NCBI GenBank assembly: GCA_964035575.1
Contig: OZ037836.1
Span: 992,001 to 1,056,000 of the forward strand
Origin: Rhynchopus sp. YZ270_cl-10
Taxonomy: Eukaryota
DNA: 64,000 bases
Direction of reading: 5' to 3'
The notes beneath the pieces were generated by a model that was not told the origin of the DNA, did not search any database, and saw only the letters and a list, made by a program, of their open reading frames with translations. Position 1 is the stretch's first letter. Each line of letters starts with the position of its first letter. Positions 51,594-63,589 of this stretch are shown one piece after another. The translations under genes were made by a program, and so were the position numbers.

Positions 51594-52610
51594 TTTCAAG
51601 AAAAAAAAATTTTTTTTTTCGACATCACAAAATTTTTCCCACAGAAAAAAATTTTTTTTTTTTGCACATGTCTGCACCAAAAATGCAAATAAAGCCAGAA
51701 TTTTGATGTTTTGAGCATCTAGAATTTATTCCACGGCTATTTTGTGTATAAAATACATAGATGGAACGCCCATATGGGCAGCTGCTAATATGGGCACCCC
51801 AAAAAACAGGATATGGGCAATATGGGCGCCCATATTGCCCATATGGGCGGATATGGGCAAAAAAGGCGCCCATATCCGCCCATATCCCGCCCATATTTTA
51901 CATATTTTAATGCGCCCATATCGGGAAAAAGCGCCCATATTTTGGATATGGGCGCCCATATCCAAAATATGGGCGCCCATTTTTTTTTTTTTTTTTTTTA
52001 CACAAGTGTTTTTGAGGCCTGCTCACTACACCCTATGTACCCTTCTGGGACCAAAAAGTCAAAAAAAGCAAGAATTGGGCTGTTTTGAGCATCTAGAGTT
52101 TATTCCCCGGCCATTTTCTGCACCACCAGTGCATTTTGTATGGGCCAGCGCCTTGTCGAAAAATCGAAAAATCTCAAAAAAAAAAAAATCCCAAATTTTT
52201 TTTCACAAGTGTTTTTGAGGCCTGCTCACTACACCTATGTACCCTTCTGGGACCAAAAAGTCAAAAAAAGCAAGAATTGGGCTGTTTTGAGCATCTAGAG
52301 TTTATTCCCCGGCCATTTTCTGCACCACCAGTGCATTTTGTATGGGCCAGCGCCTTGTCAAAAAATCAAAAAATCTCAAAAAAAAATTTTTTTTTGTCGG
52401 GAAAATTTCGACCCCTGAGTTGGGGTTTTGGGCACCAAAAAGTGCAAAAAAACGCAAAAATCGGATGTTTTGACGATCTGGGGGTAAACCATATGCACTA
52501 TTACAGTTTCCTGGTGGTCCGGGTTTTGAGTCTTTTATAGTGTTTTATTTTTTCTTTTTTCCGAGAGACCAAAAAATAGGGAGGGGATGGCAAAAATCTT
52601 GTGCTTTATT

Positions 52611-53010
52611 CGAATAACGAATTGAGAGAACACAACTTTTAGCTTTATTTGCTTTTACTTTTACTTTTACTTTACTCATATCAACAAGAGGATACCAACA
52701 AAAAGAAAACATCAAGAGAACACACCGACCAGCATATCAGCTGGTCACGGGAACCTTTAAAAGGTTTCCACTTTTGTTGTCAGGCCAGTGTCCTAAACGA
52801 TGCTGCCACACCCTGAGGGGGAGGTGTGCTGTCTGTAAACCCTGTGTGGCAACAACGGGGAGGTGACCTCCGTATATCGGCAACCCGCACGTCCTAGATG
52901 TGAAAAACGGCACCAGCCGGGACACAGCCCCGGGTTTACTCTGGATAGAACAAAAAAGAGCGGCCACACTGCCTCGGCAGCGCTAAAGAGACGAGAGTGA
53001 ATACCAAGGG

Positions 53011-53048
<38 letters not shown>
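52611..53048 (-). mobile_element. Short non-coding insertion, possible SINE-like retroposon
   Basis: Present in the left palindrome arm and absent from the right arm (58050-58075); A38 run at one end and (GTAAAA)4 on the minus strand at the other. Confidence 0.4.
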
Positions 53049-53050
<2 letters not shown>

Positions 53051-53129
53051 GGAACGGGCTAGACGAATGTGGTGTAAGATGTGTAAGTGTAAGAGGTGTA
53101 AATTGCAACGTGTAAGATGTGTAAACAAC

Positions 53130-55430
53130 TTACCAATCAAACTCGTCGTTTTTTGCTGTGCTGTACCCCCCAAACGCCACGTCATCTTCACTCACCCGCA
53201 ATTTCCCTTGCACGTCGCCATTTATCAGGAGCTGGGTGCGCATACAAAAATTTCCAACAGTGGTGCGTGCACGTTTTTTGTTGCACGAGAGCTTGTACGA
53301 CGTCGAAAATCCACGACTCAACAAGTGTCACGCAAGGTGATATGTCCAAGACGCAGAACACAAATTTTTTCAGCACCTCGTACGAATCGTCCAGCATTTT
53401 CCAGAGATCCCGAACAGGATATCCCTGAGTGATGACATTGGGGTCATCAAGCCAGCGGAGCAGGGCACTCTCGACCTCGTCAGTGAACCAGGGCCCCAAC
53501 AAAAACACTGGGACCGAACCCCGCCTTCAAGAGCGCCACAGCACTTTGACCAGTTAACTTCAAAAGGCCTGGAACAAGGAGACTTCCGGCGGAAAATTGG
53601 GGGAAATTGGGGGGAAATTTGGGGGAAATTTTTGTGCTTGCGAAAAAAATTTCCAAGTTCGGTTCCGAGTTCCTTTGCCCCAGTATGCTCCATTGAGCTC
53701 AGTTCTGTGGTCATCTTCTCGAACGAAGTATGCAGGGTGAGGATAGGGGGCACTGTGCCGGACGGATCCGCCACACCGTCCATGAGCTTTGAGGGGACAT
53801 CCATGACCTCGGAGCACGCCACCACTTGCTCCCACAGAGACACAGTGTCCGTGTCATGCAGCAACTGCACGAGTGCGCGGATGCTCTTGCAGACAGATGC
53901 TCCATACTTCTGTCTCTCTTCTGCGCAGAAGGCCATAATAGCCAATCTACGCTCGGACACATGCCTCAAGAGTTTGGTGAGGGAGTTCCAGCGTGTGCCC
54001 TTGGAGTCCACCATAGACTTCGCCTTGGGCTCTGCAGTTTCTGTTTGGTGTAAGTCACCCAACAGTTTCTCCGTCTCCTCCAGAGTACCGGGGGTTATCG
54101 AAGGGTAGGTCACAAAAAATTTTGCAAGCATAGTTGACAAAGTATCAGGCAGGACAAAACTTGAAGCACCAAGGATGTTCTGAAACTCCTGGTAAGCCTT
54201 CTCGTGTGGCCCGTTTGCAGATGGCGCAGCCAAATTCTGTGCTTTTTGCGCGCTGATGTACCTCGACGCCCTAGTTGGGGCGTTAAAAAATGCTTTCCGC
54301 AGCAACACCACCAACTCCCACACCGCTGGATAGTGTTTTTTTACAAAATTTTTCATGATATTGTGTATCCCGTGACCCACACACAAGAAGATCAAGAGTT
54401 CTGTTGCTGCTTCAGAGGCTCCCTGAGATAGAAAAAAGAAAAGTATAAATAATAAATAATAAATAAATAAAAGAACCGAAAAGACACAAAACCACACCTT
54501 AATATTGTACGTCGCGCTGTCCATCACTACATGCCTCATGTTGGGGTACTTCTCTGTGACGTGTTTGAGTATTATTTTGATGACTTCAAAGTCTGTCGTC
54601 TCTCCGGCTGCTATCATGTAGTTGTCGAACCACAACTCAGAGGGCAGTGCCCTCATCCCTATCACATGGTGTTTTGCCATGAGGCCGCCGTCCAATCCGA
54701 ATCCTGTGGAAGCACGCAGCTGTGGTGCCAAGAAGTCGAGGTGTCCTGAAAAATTGAGGTAAGCTTCTTGCCCACTCTTCGAAGGCGGGGAACTCGGCGT
54801 CATACGTGACCCTGACGAAGCTGGCCATCATTGCTGCTTCACCGTCTGTGATGCCGGAATAGAGGCAGGCTCGCGCAAACAGAGCGTTCCTCTCATTTTT
54901 CGTCGACGGTGCAGTAGTACGGTTGGTTTTTTTGGCCTTCGTGTGGGGGTTCTGGTGCTGTAGGGACTTGGTATGCTGCTTGAGCGCGGTGTAGTTGTGC
55001 GGCTGTCACACCTGGTTGCACCTCGTGTCGAAGATCAGCTTCTCATTTTGATCTTCGCCGGCCGCGATGAACATGTCTCGGTCTTTTTCTGGGAGATCGG
55101 ACACAGTTTTTATGGTGTATCCCAACTGCTCCAGCTCGAGGCGATTATCGCGAAACACCTCTGAGGCTGAGCTGCTGCCTTTGCGCGACCGCTTTTTGGG
55201 GGTGTCGTCTTTCTTTTTTGGAGTGAGCTTTTCCTCCTGTTTTTTTTCCTGCTCCTCCTTCACCTTCGAGGCCAGCGAGTCGGCGGTCTTCTTGGTGCCG
55301 ACTTTCAGCTTTTTTGTTGGGGGCTCCTTGTTTTCGCAAGAGTCTTCGTCGACATCTTTACCTTTTGCAGCCTGGGTCGGTTGTTGTTGTTCTGATTTGT
55401 CTGCCGACTTCCTCTTGCTTGTTTTTGCTT
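53130..55430 (-). pseudogene. Inverted, frameshifted copy of the hAT transposase lacking the start codon
   Basis: Reverse complement of 55620-57896 with indels near 54970-54930, 54780-54745, 53620, 53495, 53317 and 53150; intron 54423-54497. Confidence 0.9.
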
Positions 55431-55601
55431 TTGGTTATCGATAAATGTGTTATGTCTGTTGGTAGGGCGGGTTTTTGAAATTTAGTGAGTTGTCCCCAGA
55501 TACTCCCTGTTTGGTTTTCGAGTGCTTTTTGTACTTCACACTACCTACTAATTTCAAAAACCCGCCCTACTAACAGACATAACACATTTGTCATTCTCAC
55601 C

Positions 55602-57896
55602 ATGCCAAAACCAAGAGGAAAAACAAGCAAGAGGAAGTCGGCAGACAAATCAGAACAACAACAACCGACCCAGGCTGCAAAAGGTAAAGATGTCGACGAA
55701 GACTCTTGCGAAAACAAGGAGCCCCCAACAAAAAAGCTGAAAGTCGGCACCAAGAAGACCGCCGACTCGCTGGCCTCGAAGGTGAAGGAGGAGCAGGAAA
55801 AAAAACAGGAGGAAAAGCTCACTCCAAAAAAGAAAGACGACACCCCCAAAAAGCGGTCGCGCAAAGGCAGCAGCTCAGCCTCAGAGGTGTTTCGCGATAA
55901 TCGCCTCGAGCTGGAGCAGTTGGGATACACCATAAAAACTGTGTCCGATCTCCCAGAAAAAGACCGAGACATGTTCATCGCGGCCGGCGAAGATCAAAAT
56001 GAGAAGCTGATCTTCGACACGAGGTGCAACCAGGTGCGACAGCCGCACAACTACACCGCGCTCAAGCAGCATGCCACTACCCTACAGCACCAGAACCCCC
56101 ACACGAAGGCCAAAACCAACCGTACTACTGCACCCTCGACGAAAAATGAGAGGAACGCTCTGTTTGCGCGAGCCTGCCTCTATTCCGGCATCACAGACGG
56201 TGAAGCAGCAATGATGGCCAGCTTCGTCAGGGTCGCGTATGACGCCGAGTTCCCCGCCTTCGAAAGAGTGAGCAAGAAGCTTCCTGTTATTTTTCAGGAC
56301 GACCTCGACTTCTTGGCACCACAGCTGCGTGCTTCCACAGGATTCGGATTGGACGGCGGCCTCATGGCAAAACACCATGTGATAGGGATGAGGGCACTGC
56401 CCTCTGAGTTGTGGTTCGACAACTACATGATAGCAGCCGGAGAGACGACAGACTTTGAAGTCATCAAAATAATACTCAAACACGTCACAGAGAAGTACCC
56501 CAACATGAGGCATGTAGTGATGGACAGCGCGACGTACAATATTAAGGTGTGGTTTTGTGTCTTTTCGGTTCTTTTATTTTTATTTTTCCTTTTCTTTTTT
56601 CTATCTCAGGGAGCCTCTGAAGCAGCAACAGAACTCTTGATCTTCTTGTGTGTGGGTCACGGGATACACAATATCATGAAAAATTTTGTAAAAAAACACT
56701 ATCCAGCGGTGTGGGAGTTGGTGGTGTTGCTGCGGAAAGCATTTTTTAACGCCCCAACTAGGGCGTCGAGGTACATCAGCGCGCAAAAAGCACAGAATTT
56801 GGCTGCGCCATCTGCAAACGGGCCACACGAGAAGGCTTACCAGGAGTTTCAGAACATCCTTGGTGCTTCAAGTTTTGTCCTGCCTGATACTTTGTCAACT
56901 ATGCTTGCAAAATTTTTTGTGACCTACCCTTCGATAACCCCCGGTACTCTGGAGGAGACGGAGAAACTGTTGGGTGACTTACACCAAACAGAAACTGCAG
57001 AGCCCAAGGCGAAGTCTATGGTGGACTCCAAGGGCACACGCTGGAACTCCCTCACCAAACTCTTGAGGCATGTGTCCGAGCGTAGATTGGCTATTATGGC
57101 CTTCTGCGCAGAAGAGAGACAGAAGTATGGAGCATCTGTCTGCAAGAGCATCCGCGCACTCGTGCAGTTGCTGCATGACACGGACACTGTGTCTCTGTGG
57201 GAGCAAGTGGTGGCGTGCTCCGAGGTCATGGATGTCCCCTCAAAGCTCATGGACGGTGTGGCGGATCCGTCCGGCACAGTGCCCCCTATCCTCACCCTGC
57301 ATACTTCGTTCGAGAAGATGACCACAGAACTGAGCTCAATGGAGCTTACTGGGGCAAAGGAACTCGGAACCGAACTTGGAAATTTTTTTCGCAAGCACAA
57401 AAATTTCCCCCAATTTTCCGCCGGAAGTCTCCTTGTTCCAGGCCTTTTGAAGTTAACTGGTCAAAGTGCTGTGGCGCCCTTGAAGGCGGGGTTCGGTCCC
57501 AGTGTTTTTGTTGGAGGTGCAGGTGCCTGGTTCACTGACGAGGTCGAGAGTGCCCTGCTCCGCTGGCTTGATGACCCCACTGTCATCACTCAGGGATATC
57601 CTGTTCGGGATCTCTGGAAAATGCTGGACGATTCGTACGAGGTGCTGAAAAAATTTGTGTTCTGCGTCTTGGACATATCACCTTGCGTGACACTTGTTGA
57701 TCGTGGATTTTCGACGTCGTACAAGCTCTCGTGCAACAAAAAACGTGCACGCACCACTGTTGGAAATTTTTGTATGCGCACCCAGCTCCTGATAAATGGC
57801 GACGTGCAAGGGAAATTGCGGGTGAGTGAAGATGACGTGGCGTTTGGGGGGTACAGCACAGGCGAGGAGACAGAGGACGACGATTTTAATTGGTAA
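55602..57896 (+). CDS. hAT-superfamily transposase with one 63-nt intron (56547-56609)
   Basis: FGLDGG (D1), VVMDSATYN (D2), CVGHGIHN (CxxH), GTRWNS, and VDRGFS at the ERxFS position; degenerate N-terminal Zn-finger-like DTRC..H..H; GT..polypyrimidine..CAG intron. Confidence 0.8.
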   Translation: MPKPRGKTSKRKSADKSEQQQPTQAAKGKDVDEDSCENKEPPTKKLKVGTKKTADSLASKVKEEQEKKQEEKLTPKKKDDTPKKRSRKGSSSASEVFRDNRLELEQLGYTIKTVSDLPEKDRDMFIAAGEDQNEKLIFDTRCNQVRQPHNYTALKQHATTLQHQNPHTKAKTNRTTAPSTKNERNALFARACLYSGITDGEAAMMASFVRVAYDAEFPAFERVSKKLPVIFQDDLDFLAPQLRASTGFGLDGGLMAKHHVIGMRALPSELWFDNYMIAAGETTDFEVIKIILKHVTEKYPNMRHVVMDSATYNIKVWFCVFSVLLFLFFLFFFLSQGASEAATELLIFLCVGHGIHNIMKNFVKKHYPAVWELVVLLRKAFFNAPTRASRYISAQKAQNLAAPSANGPHEKAYQEFQNILGASSFVLPDTLSTMLAKFFVTYPSITPGTLEETEKLLGDLHQTETAEPKAKSMVDSKGTRWNSLTKLLRHVSERRLAIMAFCAEERQKYGASVCKSIRALVQLLHDTDTVSLWEQVVACSEVMDVPSKLMDGVADPSGTVPPILTLHTSFEKMTTELSSMELTGAKELGTELGNFFRKHKNFPQFSAGSLLVPGLLKLTGQSAVAPLKAGFGPSVFVGGAGAWFTDEVESALLRWLDDPTVITQGYPVRDLWKMLDDSYEVLKKFVFCVLDISPCVTLVDRGFSTSYKLSCNKKRARTTVGNFCMRTQLLINGDVQGKLRVSEDDVAFGGYSTGEETEDDDFNW

Positions 57897-59666
57897 GTTG
57901 TTTACACATCTTACACGTTGCAACGTCTTCCACGTTGCAATTTACACCTCTTACACGTTACACGTCTTACACGTTACACCTCTTCCACGTTACACCTACA
58001 CGTTACACGTCTTACACGTTACACGTCGTACACATTCGTCTAGCCCGTTGCACTTTTTTTTTATCGATTGATTAATAAAGCACAAGATTTTTGCCATCCC
58101 CTCCCTATTTTTTGGTCTCTCGGAAGCAAGGAACCCCACAATAAATAAAACACCCCCCCTTAAAAAATAGAGCGTAGTGTGCATCCTCGGGTGTCTACAC
58201 TACACTACGATTTCTAAAGCTACAACACCTCTACTTTTTTTGAAATGAGGGCAGTCTCTTAACTGCAATCTCCAAAACCCCTTCTTAGCATGTAGCCGTG
58301 TATGGTGTATAGTACCTTGATGCGGACTACCCCTTTTAAGGCTATTTTCTTCCTAAAAGTTGCTCTGAAGGGTTGAGGACGCAGGGACGTCTTCCGCAGT
58401 ACAAAGGCTTCGGCCAACATTGAGTACAGACCTGAATTCTCCCACCTGGTGGGTTTACTCGGCGAATGTCGACACAACAAAAAAAAGTTCAAAGGACTTT
58501 GTTGGTCGCCTTACTCATTTGGATCACAACGGTATGTATATGCTACTCATTACAATGTTAGCCACTTCTATTGCCAGACACCGGGGCAAATAGTAAGTGC
58601 AAGAAAACTGCTTTTTGGAAACCAGGAAAACATGGTGGACACTCCACTCCACGTGCGGGCATGTTTGGCACTTCTGCATGCGTGCAGTATCCAAATGTGT
58701 CCCCGTGGGACCAAAGTGATAAAGATGTGTCCACTGTGTACAGGGAAAAAACTTTGCGCTCCCCCGGACAGTGCACAATTCAACACCCCTTGTGGGTGGT
58801 CTTGTTGCCTTTTGGAACAACAACAATTTTTTTTCACGTTGTTGTATTTTGGCCAGGCATGCTCTTGAAAGCATGACAATTTGATTGCGTATGGACAAAG
58901 CAAAGAACCAAGTATGAATTCTGAGTTGAAGTCTGAGAGATGTTGTGGGAAGGGGAGTTCGCTCCTTTCAACGATGACCTCGTTGTTCTTCATAGGCTTG
59001 TCTTAACCGACCACATAAATAAAATTGTGCCGGCCTCGAAGGAATTCTAAGCACACCCGCGTGGCAGCTAAACACGACTCTCTCTCAATTCAACAAAGAA
59101 GGAATACTTGGTAATTTGTGGAGCACCCGTGCATGAAAATTGTAAAACTTTGCGCCCCACGTTGCCCCAGAACACGGCTTCCTTAGAACCGGTTCTGGCC
59201 CAACGTGGACTGCCTGCTCACCCTTTCCCGGGTGGCTGGCGGTTTTTGGCATAATTTTCGGGCTCCGGCCCCAGCCCCCATTATTAAGATTGGGCGCCCA
59301 TATTGAAATATGGGCGCCCATATCCGAAATATGGGCCACCTTAAAAAATATGGGCCCGTAGCCCATATTTGAAAATGTGCCCACATCCGCCCATATGTGC
59401 CCATATCCGCCCAAATTTACGCCCATATGCCCATATGGGCATATGGGCACATTTTTTTCGCCCATATTGCCCATATTTTTTGGTGCCCATATGGGCGTTC
59501 CATCTATGAAAATACCCACCCTGTACAGTTTGTATGGGCCAGCGCCTTGTCAAAAAAAATCGAAAAATCTCAAAAAAAAAAAAAAAAATTTTTTTTTTCA
59601 CAAGTGTTTTTGAGGCCTGCTCACTACACCCTAGGCACCCTTCTGGGACCAAAAAGTCAAAAAAAG

Positions 59667-62254
59667 ACTGTGTGGTTGCGAACCCCCTGGCCTCTTCGCA
59701 TGTACAGGGGGCGGCGCGAGCGGTGGGGCACGCAGCGGTCAAGCATCAGTCCTGGAAGCGCGATAAACATGGCAAAGCTTGCAGGACAGCACGCATTTCC
59801 TTCTCCGCTTTTGCGGCCGAGGTCTTTGGGGGGCTGGGGCCGGAAGCAGCCACGCTGTGGCGGCACCTGAACAAGATGGCCGCGGAGCGTGCGGACGGGG
59901 ACAAGGTCTTGGCCTCGGCCAAATGGAATGAGCGTCTGGCCGTGTGTGTACAGCGGGAGGTGGGTGCCACGCTGTTGAAGCGGGGGGCCTTGTGTTTCGG
60001 CCTTGGGGGTGATCGTGATGCAGTGCCGCCTGCTCCTGTCGAACGTACCCCAGACTACTACGTCACACCTGACGACGCCCCAGACGATCGCTTCCCTACA
60101 TACGTGGACGACCACCTGTACCGGCTCGCTGAGCAAGACTGTGAGATTGTTGAGGAACCAACCCCTGATCCACGAAGTGCGGCTGATGTTGATGAGGCTA
60201 CTGCGGCGATGGAGAGGTGGTTACAGCGGCAGGCGCGCAAGAACCCTGTTCATCAGTCTTCCGTCGTCGTGGAAGTAGCTCCCTGCGAGGACCCAGCTGC
60301 GGCCTATGAGAAGCTGCATGAGGGTGACTCCCCTCCTGCCCTAGCGGTGCAGCTGTCCGCCGTCGGATGCTCCACTCCCGCGAACTTCCGCTACACCGTG
60401 GGTGACTGCTGTTTCGACGCTATGGCACACTTGAGCGGGAAGAACGCGGGGTCCCTGAGGCAGGTTGCGGTTGCACAGGTAGTCCAAGACGCGGACCTGG
60501 CGGCACGGGCGGAACCGAATGTCGCCGTGTGGTCGCGGCGGATGCTCATCGCTGGGTGTGATCGATCGGATACCTGGGCTGACACTGTGACCGTTGCCGG
60601 CCTTGCACGCGCTCTGAACTCGCTGGTGGTGGTGTTTGTGGGTGGTCATAAGCCTTCGCTCTTCACCCCCTCGAGTGCGACGAATTACCAGAATGTGTTT
60701 GCGCTGGCTCACGACGGCCGCACGGTGGGCCACTTCACGCCGGTCACCATTCCGGAGAAACTGAGGCAGTACTTCCTGATGCAGCCTCCGACGCCGCGCC
60801 TGCCGTCGCTCACTTGTGTGTCCCGCGTGGCAATGCTGGACTACCCTCAGGACGGAACGAGAGAGGATTTCGGGAAATGTGAGGTGTGCGGGTCTGCTGT
60901 CCTCGGCAGTGAGCAGCACTGGCAGTGCGGGGAGTGCGTGGCTTGGGCGTGCCGGCAGTGTCGTCCCCTCAGCTGCTCTTCCTGCCCACGGGCTCCAGCG
61001 GTTGTCAGCTTACCGAGTTCCTCAGGTGTCACCGCGCGCACACATCCAGCAGCGGACCCCAAGAGTAATGACTTGTTGCAGGAGCAGCGGGATAAACGCG
61101 TGGCCACGAGTGGGGCTACTATCAAGAAGAACAGGGACCAGCTTCGTGCCCGGTTGCGTAAGGCTCCGACGGATGCCATGGATGTAGAGAGTGGCTATTC
61201 AAACACCACCCCAGCCCTCTCTACCTCCTCCGCGCCCCAGGTCGTGCAGACCCCTGTCCAACCTGGCACTTCGTCGCAGGCGCACTCTGCATCGGACGAG
61301 TCTCAGCAGCATCAGACAAATACGGAGAGTGGCTATTACAACACCCACGCAGCCCTCCCCGTACCCGCGTCTGATGTGGCTGTTCCCTCATCCACCAGCA
61401 CGAGAGAGCAGCCTCACGCTGTTCCGCAGGTCGCTACGTCGCAGGCGCAGCCATCAAGGACCCATACGGAGAGTGGCTATTCAAACACCACCCCAGCCCT
61501 CCCCGTATACACGTCCTCTGAGGCAGCTCACTCTCACGCTGACACGAGTGAGCAGCCACACGTCGCCTCGCAAGACAGTGCGTACTCCGCGGACCTCCTG
61601 GGCGGGTCCCAGCACGCAGTTCCCTTGCCTGGCGCAACCTCGGTCCCCAGCACAGACACACCATCGGAGAGTGGCTACCAATCCGCACCACCAGCCCTCC
61701 CGAACCCTGTGCCGGTATGGAATGACATAGCGCCCTGCCCCGGGTTTGACTTGCCTATTCCAGAGACCGCGGATGAGTGGGAGGGGTTGTTCTATCCCAC
61801 TACCACTCATTTCAGCTCCCAAGGCGGGGACTCTATGACGGCGGCGGAGGCTTTCGAGTACTGTGGGCGGTGGAGGACTGCAGTGAGGCCGATGTTGAGT
61901 CAGGAGGAGCTGAGGAAGGCGTCGGCGCTGTGCAATCGCCTGAGGAGTCTTGTGCAGACGCGCCTTCGATCCGCCGCATAGACTTTAGAGACTTCTTTTT
62001 ACTTTTTCTCCCCTCTCCCCCCCCTTCTCCCCTTTCTTCTTCTTTTTTGGCTATTTTTATTTCGTTCACATAGCCTAGATTCGGACCTGTTTTCAGGCCG
62101 ACCGTGTACAGCCGGGTAGAGCTTGACAACGCCAACAGCTGTGGTCCAAGGAGGTCCCCAGTGTTGTCTGCCAATCCCCTTAACCCAACAAAAGACTACA
62201 ATATAAAAACAATCTAGACAAAGCCGCCCCCATCCCCGTCCAGGCAAAATAAAA
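59667..62254 (+). mobile_element. 5'-truncated CRE/SLACS-like non-LTR retrotransposon; ORF to 61981 with RLE C-terminus, OTU-like protease, Cys-rich finger and repeats
   Basis: RLE-like AA..K..K..C..FSAFAAEVFGGLGPEA..W.ERLAVCVQR; OTU-like GDCCFDA..LR..WAD..GHF; 3' poly(A). Inserted in the repeat GTCAAAAAAAG^CA(A/T)GAATTGGGC (empty copies at ~52060 and ~52260) with AAAAAAAG duplicated. Confidence 0.75.
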
Positions 62255-63589
62255 AAAAAAAGCATGAATTGGGCTGTTTTGAGCATCTAGAGTTTATTCC
62301 CCAGCCATTTTCTGTACCGCCAGTGCACTTTGTATGGGCCAGCGCCTTGTCAAAAAATCGAAAAATCTCAAAAAAAAAAATTTTTTTTTCGGGAAAATTT
62401 CGACCACTGAGGTGGGTCTTTGGGCACCAAAAAATGCAAAAAAAATGCAAAAATCGGGTGTTTTGACCATCTGTGGTTACACAAAACACACTTCTGTGTA
62501 CAAGCCTACACCAATACAGTGGTAATACAAGGCGATTTTTGACCAAAAAAAAAATATTTTTTTTCGCCCAAAATCGGGCGTGGTACGTCATAAAATGGCC
62601 CAAAATATCCAAGGAAAACCTTAGATTGGGCAAATTATGAAAAAAATTTTCAAGTCAAATTTTCAACCAAAATACGGTCATTTTGTTCACACAGTGATTC
62701 TACGTCATGCTAGCTTCCTGTGCAGAACTCCAGCAATTCACCAATGCCGGCATCTATCTTTCCATTATCGCCATTGCACTTCGTGTGTTACCAACGTGCT
62801 CAAGAAATGGCGTGCTGTCACACTCCAACCAGAGTATCGAACCCGTACGTACATAACGGAGATCCACGAGCCCACCCAAAGGCGGAGGGTCTAGCCGAAG
62901 GCGGACGAGCTAGCCCAATCCGGACGAGCGAGCCTCATAAAGCACACCAGCTCCAATCTGACGGGGAACTTCGAGCCTCCAAGCCCAGAGAAAGAACCTG
63001 GCCACCGGAGGGCCCTAACGGCCCGACGAGGAGGCGCCCCATAGGGCGCTGGGGCCAAGGGACTTAAGTCGCCCTAACGCTTCGCTAAGTACCTGGAAAA
63101 ATCCCTAAGGAAAAAAGTGGAAAAAAAGTGTCTCAAAATTGACATCTATTTTTTGACCTTTTTGCTGGGTAGGTTTGGGTCGGTCCGACCTGACCCTACT
63201 GAGTCGGTTTAAGTCGGATTGGTAGCCTTGTCCCCTATCATCTCCCCTCTTCCCCCTTTTAATACAAGGGCAGTCTCGTGACTATGTAACCTACAAAACC
63301 ACCATTTAAGCACCTCAGTATCATACCCCATCTAAGCACCCTCAACCCTCATCCACACAGATTCGCCTCCTTAAACCTGCAAACCTGCAAACCTGCAAAC
63401 CTTCTAACACCTCAGAGGGCAAGGCCCGCAAACCCTTATTCCAATGGAAGAATTTTTCAAAAATTCTCTATACTTCCTATGACTGGACCCAACTCCCCTC
63501 ACTATTTTTCCCTAAAAAAACGCAAAAAACGCCCAAAAAATTCTGCCAAAAATATCAAAAATATCAAAAATGCGCATTTTTGCCGTGCC

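Larger units (their letters stand above)
51756..59508. mobile_element. 7.75-kb hAT-like transposon with CATAGATGG termini containing an inverted pair of transposase genes
   Basis: TIR CATAGATGGAACGCCCATATGGGCA at both ends; 6-bp TSD AAAATA; subterminal GCCCATAT/ATATGGGC repeats at 51766-51980 and 59290-59497. Confidence 0.85.

Noticed and set aside
59534..59666. N-terminal extension of the 815-aa ORF (likewise 49178-49357 for the 633-aa ORF)
   Set aside because: Flanking repeat DNA that happens to be in frame with 5'-truncated retroelements.
63000..63060. HDV-like ribozyme (CCTCCTCG on the minus strand)
   Set aside because: Flanking bases do not form P3/P1 pairings.
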